The position numbers were made by a program, and so were the translations under genes. The notes below the pieces were generated by a model that did no database searches, was not told the DNA's origin, and was given only the letters and a program-made list of their open reading frames with translations. From positions 1 through 59,633 of IMG/VR virus record IMGVR_UViG_3300030110_003038: a stretch of DNA of 59,633 bases. One strand, 5' to 3'. This DNA is from a virus (lineage: Duplodnaviria > Caudoviricetes). Shown piece after piece: positions 48,200 through 59,447 of the stretch (the stretch's first letter is position 1; every line of letters starts with the position of its first letter).

Positions 48200-51100
48200 T
48201 TATTTATTTTCTAATTCTTTTACTCTAGCTTCTAATTCTTGTATAGACTTTAATAATACTGGAACTACTTGTGAATAATCTACGCCCTGCATTTGTTCGC
48301 CGTCTTTTTCTCCAACAACTGCTTGAGGTATTATTTCTTGAAGTTCGTGAGCAACAGCACCATAACTTCTTGTTTCGTCTGCTTTCCATTTGAAGTCATA
48401 AACATTCATTTTAGAAAGCAACTCTAAACCATTAAAATCTTTTAAATCTTCTTTCATTCGGTAATCCGAACTTGTGCTATAAGTTGTTGTGCTACCAGTA
48501 GTATCTATATATCCAACAAGACCATTGCCGTTATAAAATAAAAAATGATTGTAAGCTGTAGTTGCACTCCCTGAAGAACTAATTTGACCACTATTTGTAC
48601 CTGTTAAACATAATCCTGATTGTGAAGCACTTGGAAGTGATGTAGTGGCAAACAATACATTTACACCATTAGTTGCTCCTATTCGTACTTGCCCATCTCC
48701 TCGTATTGCAAAAATTTCAGCACTACCTGCTAAGTTTTCTACATAAAAAGCATGGTTTGAACTTGAAGAACCTGCTGATAAATAAATACCATTATCTAAT
48801 GTTGCGTCAGTTTTTACTCTTAACTTATAAGATGCAGATGACTCACCAATTCCTACATTTCCAGATCTTTTAAATACTACTTTAGAATCTGATAAACTTA
48901 CTTCATCACTTAAAGTTGTAGAGTTGTTAAAACAAAAATGTAAGTCAGCCATATTATAACCATAGCCTCCACCACTTCCAACAATAGCAGTTTTATTTGA
49001 ATAGGCACTTGAATTATTTTCTGGTCTAAAAGCTATACCAACTCCATAATCTGCTTGGTATCTTGAACCTGAAATAGCAACTGGAAAAAATGTTCCAGCA
49101 GTAGCTGTTGTTTCTACAATATTTAATTTTTCTAAAGGCGATGTTGTTCCTATTCCTACGTTTCCAGTAGATTCAAATGTAGCAACAATATTACTTGTTC
49201 CTTGAATATATAAATTCCCAGTATTGTATTTTAAATATCCACCACCCCCACCGTTTCCTAGTTGAATACCACCAGCCACTGTTAACAATGATGTATTAGA
49301 AGTGTCTATACGCATTTGTTCAACACCACCACCAGTTTGCCATATAAATCTATTTTCTGAAGCAGTATCACCGTGATCTTGTGAAAATATAACAGTACCA
49401 TCCGTGTTGTTTTGATATAAAGAAAAAGTAGAACCTCCAGTATATCTGCAAACTAAATTTCCACTATCTTTTACACTTAATTTATTAGGGGCTGATGTAT
49501 CACCGATTCCTACGTTTCCACCACCTGTAATTGTTAATCGCTCTGTTTCATTAGTGCCAAAAGATAAATTTCTTAGATCTGAATTCTGATACAGTGCGGT
49601 TGTTGTTGCGCCCATTGCTATACCAAACGTATATCCATTACCCGTTATTTCAAATTGACCTTCACCACTACTGTTCATTACTCTATCAACCGCATCTGAA
49701 ATATCTAATTTACTAGTAGGCGTAGTCGTTCCAATTCCAACATTTCCTGTAGACATAAATGTAGTAACAATAGTGTCACCATCATCTTCAAAGATTTGCC
49801 ATTTACCTGCTGCTCTTTCTCCAATTTCCCAATTAGTACCTGATGCTGTAGAATCTTGTCGAATAATAGAATCTCCAGGAGCAGTACCACCTAAATGAAG
49901 TTTAGTTGTAGGCGTAGTCGTTCCAATTCCTACATTACCGTCAGCTGCTATACGCATTCTTTCTGACCAAGAAATAGTATTTCCTGCTGTCCCTGCAGCT
50001 GCATTATAAAACCTAATAATGCCGTCTTCTAAATCCATTCGCGCAGGAGCTTCGCTTGCATACCTATAAGTAAAAGCACTACTACCTCCAGTTATTGTTG
50101 CATTACAAGTTAAATATAAATTTGATTTCCAAGGTGCACCTGTAATAGTGTTCCCTTGCCTACCTATTTCTAAAGAACGATAATCTGCCTCGGGTGTTCC
50201 ACTTGGAATACCATCACCAATTAATACACTTCCTGCACCATCAATAACAAATTTACTAGGAGTATTTACATCAACATCACCCATTGTTTCATTTGCTATA
50301 ACAAATTTTCCACCACCAAAATAACCATCACTATTATTAGTCGAAAACATTGACCAAATAGTACCTCCAGTATGTTGGTTGTCAGCTTCAAAACCACCTC
50401 TATAACCATCAGCAGCTGTCATTGAAGATCTAACTATCACTTCACCAGCATTTACAACTTGTAATTTAGTTGTAGGAGAATCAGTTCCTATTCCTACATT
50501 TTGAGAGTTAGTAATAGTTAATGCTCTTGTATTATTTGTTTTAAGAGCAAATGCATGATTAGTGTTTGTTCCTAAAGACATGTCTGTAGTGGCATCATCA
50601 TAACTCCAGTCACCACCTACTGCTCCACCACTTCTTTTAGCTTCATAGAGTTTCACTGAACCACTCGATGCATATGCTCCTTCAGAGCTTACAACTGTAG
50701 CTCCCGCTACTGTCCCAACAAAACTTGCTGTCCCTAAAGTAATTGTTCCATTAACAGTTACATTTCCTGTAAAAGTTGCATTTTGTGTATTATCAAATGT
50801 TAAAGCATTATTGGTTGCACTACCATTATAATGATCTAATTTAAAGTTATTATTAGCATCTCTTTTCCATCTCCAATAATCTGTATTAGCAGTATTAGTC
50901 CAATATGCTTCAGCATCATCTACCTGTAGGTTTATAAAATTAGTTGCTTTATAAGATGTTGCTGTAACTGCACCTGCAAAAGTTGATGTGCCTGTACCCG
51001 TAACTTTTAAATCTAACCCACTTGCAACAAGGGTGTTGTCATCACTATGAGATCCACTCGTTCCAAAAACAAATGTACTTGTACCACTAGCTGTAACATT

Positions 51101-51583
51101 ATATCCAATTGCTACAGAATAGGTGCCAGTTGCTGCAGGGTTATAACCTATACCTATAGATTGATTTCCTGTAGAATCTGCATCATAACCTAGACTAATT
51201 GCTTCATTCCCTAAAGTTGAATTTGTGTTACCTATAATAATTTTATCATCTGCATATTGAAGATGTTTTGTAGCTGCCAATGTTACATTTCCTGCAAAAG
51301 TTGCGTTACCACTATTTATAGCTAATGTTAAAGCGTCTATATTATATGTTGCATCTCTGATTGTAAATTTATCATTATCTACACCAGTTTGTCCAGCTGT
51401 TACATTCCACTGTTGGTCCGTTCCATTAGAATTTAATAGTTGTAAACCTCTATTCTCTCCTGTGCTAATATCTGAAATATCAATCCTAACCATTTCAGAG
51501 AAATAACTAGTCGCTGCTGTTACACCACCTGTAAAAGTTGCATTACCATCAACACTTTCCGCACTTAAAAATCTAATCGCCAT
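48200..51583 (-). CDS. Tail fibre protein with C-terminal peptidase S74 intramolecular chaperone
   Basis: NVGIGTTxP repeats; SSDYRMKED...GAVAHELQEIIPQAV. Confidence 0.88.
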   Translation of the reverse strand: MAIRFLSAESVDGNATFTGGVTAATSYFSEMVRIDISDISTGENRGLQLLNSNGTDQQWNVTAGQTGVDNDKFTIRDATYNIDALTLAINSGNATFAGNVTLAATKHLQYADDKIIIGNTNSTLGNEAISLGYDADSTGNQSIGIGYNPAATGTYSVAIGYNVTASGTSTFVFGTSGSHSDDNTLVASGLDLKVTGTGTSTFAGAVTATSYKATNFINLQVDDAEAYWTNTANTDYWRWKRDANNNFKLDHYNGSATNNALTFDNTQNATFTGNVTVNGTITLGTASFVGTVAGATVVSSEGAYASSGSVKLYEAKRSGGAVGGDWSYDDATTDMSLGTNTNHAFALKTNNTRALTITNSQNVGIGTDSPTTKLQVVNAGEVIVRSSMTAADGYRGGFEADNQHTGGTIWSMFSTNNSDGYFGGGKFVIANETMGDVDVNTPSKFVIDGAGSVLIGDGIPSGTPEADYRSLEIGRQGNTITGAPWKSNLYLTCNATITGGSSAFTYRYASEAPARMDLEDGIIRFYNAAAGTAGNTISWSERMRIAADGNVGIGTTTPTTKLHLGGTAPGDSIIRQDSTASGTNWEIGERAAGKWQIFEDDGDTIVTTFMSTGNVGIGTTTPTSKLDISDAVDRVMNSSGEGQFEITGNGYTFGIAMGATTTALYQNSDLRNLSFGTNETERLTITGGGNVGIGDTSAPNKLSVKDSGNLVCRYTGGSTFSLYQNNTDGTVIFSQDHGDTASENRFIWQTGGGVEQMRIDTSNTSLLTVAGGIQLGNGGGGGYLKYNTGNLYIQGTSNIVATFESTGNVGIGTTSPLEKLNIVETTATAGTFFPVAISGSRYQADYGVGIAFRPENNSSAYSNKTAIVGSGGGYGYNMADLHFCFNNSTTLSDEVSLSDSKVVFKRSGNVGIGESSASYKLRVKTDATLDNGIYLSAGSSSSNHAFYVENLAGSAEIFAIRGDGQVRIGATNGVNVLFATTSLPSASQSGLCLTGTNSGQISSSGSATTAYNHFLFYNGNGLVGYIDTTGSTTTYSTSSDYRMKEDLKDFNGLELLSKMNVYDFKWKADETRSYGAVAHELQEIIPQAVVGEKDGEQMQGVDYSQVVPVLLKSIQELEARVKELENK

Positions 51584-54500
51584 TATTTATTTTTTTTTAA
51601 TTCTTCAATTTCTGCTTTTAATTCTTTTATTGCTTCTACTAATATAGGTATTACACCTTGATGACGCATAGATAATTTACCATCTTCATTTTCCCTTACA
51701 AGTTTTGGTAACACTTTTTGTACATCTTGTGCTATAAACCCTATATCATCTACAATATTAGACAAGCCAGGGTTTTTCCATGTAAAAGAAACACCGTTTA
51801 ATTTACTTATTTTGTCTAAAGAGTTTTCTAATGGTTTTATGTTTTTCTTTAGAGTTATGTCAGATGGTGAGCCATATGCTACTACATCGCCTGCACAAAT
51901 AAAAGAAGTAGCGTTTAACGATGCTTTTATAGTTCCTGCGGGTACAAACTTTATTGTACCAGCAGTATCATCAGCAGACACATATATAAAACCTGTAGAA
52001 TTAGGGGTTTTAAATTCTATACCAGACCAAAAATTACTAGCTGTAGCAGTTGTTTCTAATTTTATACCACCGTCTTGAGTTGATCCTCCATTTACATGAA
52101 GCATTCTTCCCGGGCTTGTCGCTCCAATTCCTACTTTACCTCCATTGAAAAATGAGGTATCATTAGCTCTTAATCTAACTTTTTCAGTGCCATCATAATA
52201 TAATCCTAAATACCCTTCGTTTGAAAAATATTGTTCTAAAGAGGCTATTTTAGTCCCCGTAGATGGTGAATTTGTAAATATCTGTATACCCGCTGTACCT
52301 GATCCCCAAATTTTTTGTAAAACATTAGCGGTTCCATTACCAACTTGAAATGTTGCATCAGGAGAAATAGCTCCAACACCAACTCGATTATTAGCAAAAT
52401 CAATAGATAATGTATCTGTGCTTCTGTAGGAATTACCTCTAAATGAAAATACATTATTTGTACCTACACCCTCTCCAATAGTAAAATAATTAGTTGTGGT
52501 CTCATTATCAAACCTTATGTTTGCACCAGCAGCTTGTGATAAATTTAAAAGAGCTGCAGGCGAACTCGTTCCAATTCCTACATCTCCGCCATTAAAATAA
52601 GAAGTACCCGCTGAGTCTAATTTTATCTTAACAGTGCTACTTGTATCATATATATATTGCTCACCATTTCCACCAGAATCATGATAAAAAGTAAATAATC
52701 TATTTGTATTGTTAGCAGCATTTGCTTTACTTATTATTAAACCATTGTCTTGTGCCGCAAATATTGCATGACCTGCTCCCCAATCATTTTGAGCTAAAGT
52801 TCCGTAACCACTAATCCAAACATTTTGTGTTGATGTTGAATAATTATGTAATTTAGCACCAGGCGAAACAATTCCAATTCCTACTTTTCCATCAGCCATA
52901 TTAGTAGTTATAAACTCTGTTCCAGAACTATTTTGTAATGCAAAATAACTAGTTCCGCCATCATTTCTTTTTAATAAGAAAACATCGTTTCCAGGTGATG
53001 AACTAATTTTAATTCCACCCGCACTATTAGTTCCTACTTGGCCCACGTCATCTCTAACGTGAAGAATTTGATTAGCAGGTATAGCTGTACCTGTAGCAAA
53101 GTATCCTGATGTTGCAGAAGCAATAGTAGAACTTACACCAACAGCCGTAACTGAACCTGCAAAAGTTGCATTACCACCCGCTGACATATCAAGTTGTAAA
53201 GCATTAATAGCTGAACCTCCATCATTTCCTTGTATAAAAAAGTCTGCATCTGAAACACTACTTTTTATTGCAAAACCACCTGTTAAGTCTAAAGCACCAA
53301 TGGTAGTACCACCATCTTTAAATCTAATATTACCGCCATCAGCGTCTAAATTTATTTGACCAGCAGCATCAACATTAAAATGACCTGATGCATTTAAAAT
53401 ATCTCCACCTTGTACAGTTACATCACCTGCAAAAGTTGCATTTAATCCTGAATCTAATGTTAAAGAAGGATTTCCATCATTAGTTATAAACGTCATAGAA
53501 TTTGAACTATGTGCATATTTTATTTGGCCAAGGTTATTTGCTGCTTGGTCTCCAAAATAAATTCCTCCATCACTATCCGTTCCAGTTGAACCAGATATAA
53601 TATTAATACCAGTGTGCGACGTGCCTTCAATAACTATATTATCAAAGTTACTAGCTGCTGTTATAGTTGTTCCTCCGGTTCTAATGTTACCTGTAAAAGT
53701 TGCATTTTGTGACGCGTCTATTGTTAGAGCATCTACTGCATTTGTTCTGATATATAAAGGTGCATTTTCTCTTTGAATTAAGTAAGCATTTGTATTATGC
53801 ATTATCATTTCAAAACCATCCGCATTTCCTGTTCCTGTATTAGCATCAGTAAGTAATAAAGATGAGCCAGTCCCAGTAGCGTGTACTTGCAAAGTTTTAT
53901 TATAATTTGATGTTGTGGTTGTAGTACCTATTGAAACTTTTCCATCATAGTCAATACGCATATGTTCTATTATATCACTATCTGCTCGAGCAGTTCCAAA
54001 ACTTAAATAACCCGCATAGTTTGCTGATGTAGCGTTAACCTTTCCTGATTTTATTGTTGCAAATAAACTATCATTTGTAGATGAATCTGTATGTCTACCA
54101 CCAAAACCTATACCACCACCTAAGTCTGCTGCTTGGTCATCATTGGTATAGATTTCCATATTTGCTCTTTCTGTAGTAATAGCTCTATTAGCAGCTACAA
54201 ATCTAAAGTCAGTGGCATTTGTTCCTTCATTATTTGCATTTCCTCTTGTTACATCTAATACCGCAACCGTAGAAGTGTTAGTTGATCTTATTTGTGTACT
54301 TCCATTTATAATATGAGCATCATTAAAACTGTCTCCTAATTCTACGTTTCCTTTTGTAACTAAACTGCCTTCAAAAGTTGCAGCATTATTACCGTCTAAT
54401 CTTAATGCTGTATTAAGCGCTGAGCCATCGTATGTTTGAAAACTTAATGAATAGTTATTTACTAACCCTTCAACAATTCTTGCGTCCCCATTTGCCCAAT

Positions 54501-57500
54501 CTACAAAACCACCAGAAGGTAAATTAAAACCATCAGTGCCCGTTAATGTAAAGTTTGTTGCAGTAACATTACCTGCAAAAGTTGCAGCAGCACCATCTTG
54601 TGTAAGATTAAGTGCTCCTTTAGAATAAAATTTTGTAACGCCTGCGTTAGTTCTTACATCGAACTCAACAGTTAAATCGTTTAATTGTCTAATAGAAAAA
54701 TAATCACCACCACTAAAATCTCCGTTAGATGCGTCTCCATAAAAACCAGCATAACCAGTACCTGTAGCGGCTGCCATTACATTTGCATTATTTGTACTAC
54801 TACTTGTAGCTGTTATGGTATTTGTAGCTGTTATGGTATTTGTAGCTGTAACTGTACCTGCGAAAGTTGCATTACCAGTAGTTGTAATTGTGTCTATATA
54901 TGCATCTTTCCAATATCTAGTTGTTGTTCCTAAATCATGCGAACTATCTGCGTCTGGTATAAGATCGGCAGAAAGTTGTACTAATGTGGTGCTTCCATTA
55001 CCACCACCTAAATACATTGAGCTGCCTTCTGCTGTTATTCTATCTTCATTTCCTGCGATAATAACACCACCTGCAAAAGTTGCATTTTGTGATGCGTCAA
55101 GGGTAAGTGCTACACTACTATTTGTTTTTATTGTAAAACTAGCATTATTAGTTAGGTTTATTTGACCTGCTCCCCCGTCATTAACACCAATATTCATCAT
55201 ATGACTATCATGGTCATAAAAAGATAAATACCCAGACGCATTTGATGCTTTATCACCACCGTCTTGTATTCTTAATTCAGGCGCGGAATCAAATAAATGA
55301 AGTTTAGTTGCCGCTGGAATTAATGTTGTAGTTCCAATACCCACTTTATCTTCTGTAATTGTAATAGCAGCTTCGGTATGTGATGTGCCTAACCATAATC
55401 TTCTTGTATTATCACTACTATTAGCTGTGACTTGAAATCTACTACCAGCTGTTCCATCATTTCCAGCGCCCTTTAATATACCGTCAGGGTTACTGGATGT
55501 ATAACCTGGGTTACCAACGTTTACCGATCCTGCAAAAGTTGCGTTTTGTGCTTCGTTTACAGTAAGAGCAGTAACTAATCCACCGCTTGTGTTTCGTGTT
55601 TGTAAAATAAATTCACTTTCATAAGAACCACTCGCCCAATCACCAGCGGCTTTACCCATTAAAGCAACTCCAGTATTAAATGTACCATCAGATGGGTCAT
55701 CACCTTGAAAATTTATTAAACCTAAAACGTTACCGTCTGAAATGCTTGTGTCGTCTCTTCTTAAAAATATTGTAGCGCCAGCTGCGTGAGCTAAAGTAAA
55801 ATCTGCACCTGTTGCTGTTATGTCGCTAGTTGACGTTATACTTCCAGTAACAGTAATACCTGCACTTGTGGTTTCGAATTTCTTTGAGTTATCGTAGTAG
55901 ATTGACACAGCTCCATCATCAACTGCCGTTAAATATGTTTCATCGTTAGCTTGATTTTTTAGGCTTAGGTCATTTGCTCTTAATACAAAAGTACCTTCAT
56001 TAACTCTTATATGACTAACACCTGCTGAAGAAAATAACCCCATGTCATTATCATTACCTAAACGCAGTTCAGCACCATCGTTAAATGTTACATTACCTGT
56101 CAATGTACCACCACCTAATTCTAAATATCTTCCATCTAAATCAACTGTCTGATTTGTAGCTCCATTTACACTCGCAGTTAATACACCTGTACCTGTGGCA
56201 AATGATAACCCGTCAACATAATAATTTGTGTTAGTGTCTGCTATGGTACTCGCTATAGTAATAACACCATCAGAAGTTGATGTAGTAGTAATTCCAGTAC
56301 CTGCTGCTAGTGTAATTGTATCACCATGATTTACGGTTGTTGGAGAAGTATTCGTTGTACCTCTTAATGTGAATGTTGTAAGTTGATTTGTGTTTGTGTC
56401 TGTGTAATTTCCAGCATGTATGTTAGTTGATCCTTGATCTGTAGTCCAATCTATGTGCTCATTAGCAACAAAGCCGGTAAGGTCATCATGTGTAAAATCA
56501 CTTGATGAATAAGTGGTGTTTATATAATTACCAGTGTGTATATTGGTAGCTCCTTGGTCAGTGGTCCAGTCTATATGCTCGTTAGCTACAAAATCACTAA
56601 ACCCATCGTGAGTTAACGAGATCGCTCCAACTGCACCATTTACACTCGTTACAACATCAGTTGGTGTTTGTAAAAGTGTAAAATCGTTCATATTGCCAGC
56701 ACTACCACCATTGTGCATATATGATTTCTTTTCATCTGTTCTTACAACAACATCACCCTCTTGTGTTGTTAATGCTAATTGTGCACTTTCATTTGCTGCG
56801 GTTTGCACAGTTGTTAATGCTACTGGTGTTAAATTGTTAACATGTATATTAGTAGAGCCTTGATCAGTGGTCCAATCAATTATCTGATTACCACTAGGTA
56901 TTGTAGGTTTGTTTAGTATATGTGCATCCCCTGAGCTAGCGTTCCAATTACTTTGCACATTCACTTCAGCACCTGTCGCAATACCATTTAACTTTGTGTG
57001 ATCTGCGTCGGTAAACACATTAGAATCTGTTGCAGCTTCAACCGCAGCTCTTATCTCAGCATCTGTTTGATCCGCTGTAGCTGATGCTTCAATTGCATTA
57101 AGCTTACTATGATCAGCATCTGTGAATACATTTGAATCACTAGCAGCTTCAACTGCTGCTCTTATTTCCGCGTTAGTTTGATCCGCCGTAGCATTAGCTT
57201 CTATACCATCTAATTTAGTTCCATCAACACTTACGTCTCTACCATCAAAAGTACTATTTGTTGTAATAGCACCAGTCATCGCGCCACCTGCTAAAGGTAA
57301 CATTAAATCAGCGTATGCTTTTATTGATTGTTGTGTAACGAGATGTACATCAGAATTTGAGGCCATGTTGTCCTCATCTTTTACCGGTAAGTTTGCTATT
57401 GATATAGTTGCACCCTGATTACTTGGTGCTGGCATAATGCCACCTGATCCCACGCTTGATACGGGGGATAAATTTTCGATTTTTTTATTTAAAAGAAACG

Positions 57501-57561
57501 TCTGTCTTCGCAGGTAATTTATATGGTTACGAAGTGATTTACCATCTATTATTATAGACAT
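51583..57561 (-). CDS. Long tail fibre protein with C-terminal peptidase S74 chaperone
   Basis: KLDGIEA/IDWTTDQG/NATFAG/VGIG repeats; SDITLKKNI...GFIAQDVQKVLP. Confidence 0.88.
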   Translation of the reverse strand: MSIIIDGKSLRNHINYLRRQTFLLNKKIENLSPVSSVGSGGIMPAPSNQGATISIANLPVKDEDNMASNSDVHLVTQQSIKAYADLMLPLAGGAMTGAITTNSTFDGRDVSVDGTKLDGIEANATADQTNAEIRAAVEAASDSNVFTDADHSKLNAIEASATADQTDAEIRAAVEAATDSNVFTDADHTKLNGIATGAEVNVQSNWNASSGDAHILNKPTIPSGNQIIDWTTDQGSTNIHVNNLTPVALTTVQTAANESAQLALTTQEGDVVVRTDEKKSYMHNGGSAGNMNDFTLLQTPTDVVTSVNGAVGAISLTHDGFSDFVANEHIDWTTDQGATNIHTGNYINTTYSSSDFTHDDLTGFVANEHIDWTTDQGSTNIHAGNYTDTNTNQLTTFTLRGTTNTSPTTVNHGDTITLAAGTGITTTSTSDGVITIASTIADTNTNYYVDGLSFATGTGVLTASVNGATNQTVDLDGRYLELGGGTLTGNVTFNDGAELRLGNDNDMGLFSSAGVSHIRVNEGTFVLRANDLSLKNQANDETYLTAVDDGAVSIYYDNSKKFETTSAGITVTGSITSTSDITATGADFTLAHAAGATIFLRRDDTSISDGNVLGLINFQGDDPSDGTFNTGVALMGKAAGDWASGSYESEFILQTRNTSGGLVTALTVNEAQNATFAGSVNVGNPGYTSSNPDGILKGAGNDGTAGSRFQVTANSSDNTRRLWLGTSHTEAAITITEDKVGIGTTTLIPAATKLHLFDSAPELRIQDGGDKASNASGYLSFYDHDSHMMNIGVNDGGAGQINLTNNASFTIKTNSSVALTLDASQNATFAGGVIIAGNEDRITAEGSSMYLGGGNGSTTLVQLSADLIPDADSSHDLGTTTRYWKDAYIDTITTTGNATFAGTVTATNTITATNTITATSSSTNNANVMAAATGTGYAGFYGDASNGDFSGGDYFSIRQLNDLTVEFDVRTNAGVTKFYSKGALNLTQDGAAATFAGNVTATNFTLTGTDGFNLPSGGFVDWANGDARIVEGLVNNYSLSFQTYDGSALNTALRLDGNNAATFEGSLVTKGNVELGDSFNDAHIINGSTQIRSTNTSTVAVLDVTRGNANNEGTNATDFRFVAANRAITTERANMEIYTNDDQAADLGGGIGFGGRHTDSSTNDSLFATIKSGKVNATSANYAGYLSFGTARADSDIIEHMRIDYDGKVSIGTTTTTSNYNKTLQVHATGTGSSLLLTDANTGTGNADGFEMIMHNTNAYLIQRENAPLYIRTNAVDALTIDASQNATFTGNIRTGGTTITAASNFDNIVIEGTSHTGINIISGSTGTDSDGGIYFGDQAANNLGQIKYAHSSNSMTFITNDGNPSLTLDSGLNATFAGDVTVQGGDILNASGHFNVDAAGQINLDADGGNIRFKDGGTTIGALDLTGGFAIKSSVSDADFFIQGNDGGSAINALQLDMSAGGNATFAGSVTAVGVSSTIASATSGYFATGTAIPANQILHVRDDVGQVGTNSAGGIKISSSPGNDVFLLKRNDGGTSYFALQNSSGTEFITTNMADGKVGIGIVSPGAKLHNYSTSTQNVWISGYGTLAQNDWGAGHAIFAAQDNGLIISKANAANNTNRLFTFYHDSGGNGEQYIYDTSSTVKIKLDSAGTSYFNGGDVGIGTSSPAALLNLSQAAGANIRFDNETTTNYFTIGEGVGTNNVFSFRGNSYRSTDTLSIDFANNRVGVGAISPDATFQVGNGTANVLQKIWGSGTAGIQIFTNSPSTGTKIASLEQYFSNEGYLGLYYDGTEKVRLRANDTSFFNGGKVGIGATSPGRMLHVNGGSTQDGGIKLETTATASNFWSGIEFKTPNSTGFIYVSADDTAGTIKFVPAGTIKASLNATSFICAGDVVAYGSPSDITLKKNIKPLENSLDKISKLNGVSFTWKNPGLSNIVDDIGFIAQDVQKVLPKLVRENEDGKLSMRHQGVIPILVEAIKELKAEIEELKKNK
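54806..54850 (-). repeat. 18-nt tandem repeat encoding TATNTI
   Basis: GTAGCTGTTATGGTATTT about 2.5 copies. Confidence 0.85.
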
Positions 57562-57563
57562 GA

Positions 57564-58718
57564 TTAATCATTATAATCATTAACGGCAGCCCCACCTTCT
57601 GACTTACCAAACATATTTTCTGCTAATTTTCTTATTGTTTCTTTAGTTAACTGTCTATTAGCACCTTTACCTGTAAATTCTGATGAAAATCCTTTTACAG
57701 CAAGTTTTAAAAAATCGCTTCTAAATTTTCTTTTTTGATCAGAATTCATTTCCTGAGTTGAATTACTTATATATTCTTTTACACGATTAATATCCGGCAC
57801 TTTACCAGCGGTCGGCATTGTTGTTCCACCAAATATATTGTTCATAAAATTATTATATTCAGCGTTTGCTATTTGAGCAGCCCCAAGTTTCATTGCTGTT
57901 TCTGCCGTTTTACCTCTTTTAATTAACATTGATTCATAATCAATACCTTTACCTTCAGTTACATCTGTAAAGCCTGTTATTCCTCTATTGGGTAAATTAG
58001 GGTTATTGTGTGTTATGCCTTCTACGTCAGCAGACTCATACGCTGAAACGCCGCCATAATTTACACTATTATCAAAACTGGATTTTGTTGTAAGATCATC
58101 AAATTGACTCTTATTAAGTGTACCACCTCGCTCAACAAGATCTATAACACCAAGTAAATTACTAAAACCATTTCTTTTTGAATTTTTATATGATAAGTCT
58201 ATATTTGTTTGTACGTTTTTATTAAAAAAGTTATCTGGATCTGATTGGTACTCTTCTATTGCTTTGTTTGTTATATCTAGCGCGTTTCGCATATTTGGGT
58301 TGTTAGCATCTAACACACCAGCATATCTTTGTAAAGTAACATTTTCCATATATTTATCAAAATTTCCCGATGCTTTTATGTCTGGTACTTGTAAATTAAA
58401 AGCCTCGGTCATGTTTGCAGCATTACCTAACGCTATTGCGTTTCTTTGCGATGGATCATAAGCTGGACTATTAGCAACATGTTTGTCTAACGTTGCAAGA
58501 CCAACACCTGATTTTTCAGCTATTTCATCATAACCCATGGTGATGCTTTCTACTTTTGGCTTTTTTGATGGTATTTTTATACCGTATTTATTTGCTACTT
58601 TTGTATTACCAGCATTAATTTGTGCTATCTCTTCTTTTGTAGGTGATCCTGATCCCGATGTATCAAATCGTCCAAGTCCAACGTTTGAATTTACTGTGTG
58701 CGTGCTGTTGTGTGGCAT
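57564..58718 (-). CDS. Hypothetical protein (384 aa)
   Basis: ORF track; no recognisable motif. Confidence 0.75.
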   Translation of the reverse strand: MPHNSTHTVNSNVGLGRFDTSGSGSPTKEEIAQINAGNTKVANKYGIKIPSKKPKVESITMGYDEIAEKSGVGLATLDKHVANSPAYDPSQRNAIALGNAANMTEAFNLQVPDIKASGNFDKYMENVTLQRYAGVLDANNPNMRNALDITNKAIEEYQSDPDNFFNKNVQTNIDLSYKNSKRNGFSNLLGVIDLVERGGTLNKSQFDDLTTKSSFDNSVNYGGVSAYESADVEGITHNNPNLPNRGITGFTDVTEGKGIDYESMLIKRGKTAETAMKLGAAQIANAEYNNFMNNIFGGTTMPTAGKVPDINRVKEYISNSTQEMNSDQKRKFRSDFLKLAVKGFSSEFTGKGANRQLTKETIRKLAENMFGKSEGGAAVNDYND

Positions 58719-58728
58719 GTTTATATAT

Positions 58729-58887
58729 TTATATCGTGTCGTTTACTATAGTATCTTGTTTAATTAGTACTGTATCAGGAGTTTCGATGTTTAGTGTGTC
58801 AATTGCACCATCTTTGCTTGGTTTTACTGAGCATTCCATGAAAAGTAATATTAACAATGTATATAGTAAGTAAGTTATTAATTTCAT
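58729..58887 (-). CDS. Small putative lipoprotein (52 aa)
   Basis: MKLITYLLYTLLILLFMECSVKPSKDGAIDTLNIETPDTVLIKQDTIVNDTI: signal peptide followed by Cys, then DT repeats. Confidence 0.55.
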   Translation of the reverse strand: MKLITYLLYTLLILLFMECSVKPSKDGAIDTLNIETPDTVLIKQDTIVNDTI

Positions 58888-59255
58888 CTGCGTGTTTTTA
58901 AATGTTGTACTCTTTTACTATCACATAGAAACAAATTTTTTTACTACTATGACAATAGCTAGTTACTACTAATCCTATATATAGGTAGGTACCTAAATAT
59001 TATACCTAGTATAATATTATAAGGGTAGTGTGACACTTGCCTATTACTAGACTACTATATAAGGCTAATGTCACTATAAAAAAGTTATTACAAATATTGA
59101 AGTATGGTGTTGCCCCTACTACTTCTGCACTTACTTTGTAAACTAAAATGAAATTTACAAGGCGGGGCCCCCTACTTTTACATGATTTTGCATAGAATTT
59201 TTAGCTTTTTACTGCCTCACCTTGCTACACCTTTTCACCTTTTTATTAAGTATTC

Positions 59256-59423
59256 ACAAAACATTTACAATTTATTAAGATAGTATATATAAATAACTTA
59301 ATATAAATAAATAATTATAAAGTGAGAGACAGTGTGGTTAACTATTACAGTAAAAATTACAAGTAAACAATGTCACTACTTTTACAAACTAATTACAAAG
59401 TATATAAGATAATATAAATAACT
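59256..59423 (+). promoter_or_regulatory. Duplicated promoter-like motif
   Basis: ACAAA..TACAA..TAAGATA(G/A)TATA..AAATAACT at 59256-59298 and 59384-59423. Confidence 0.5.
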
Positions 59424-59447
59424 AAAACAATTAAATTAAATACAACT

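Noticed and set aside
48200-57561. Diversity-generating retroelement or CRISPR array in the fibre repeats
   Set aside because: No reverse transcriptase or adenine-specific TR/VR pair; repeats are in-frame and irregularly spaced.
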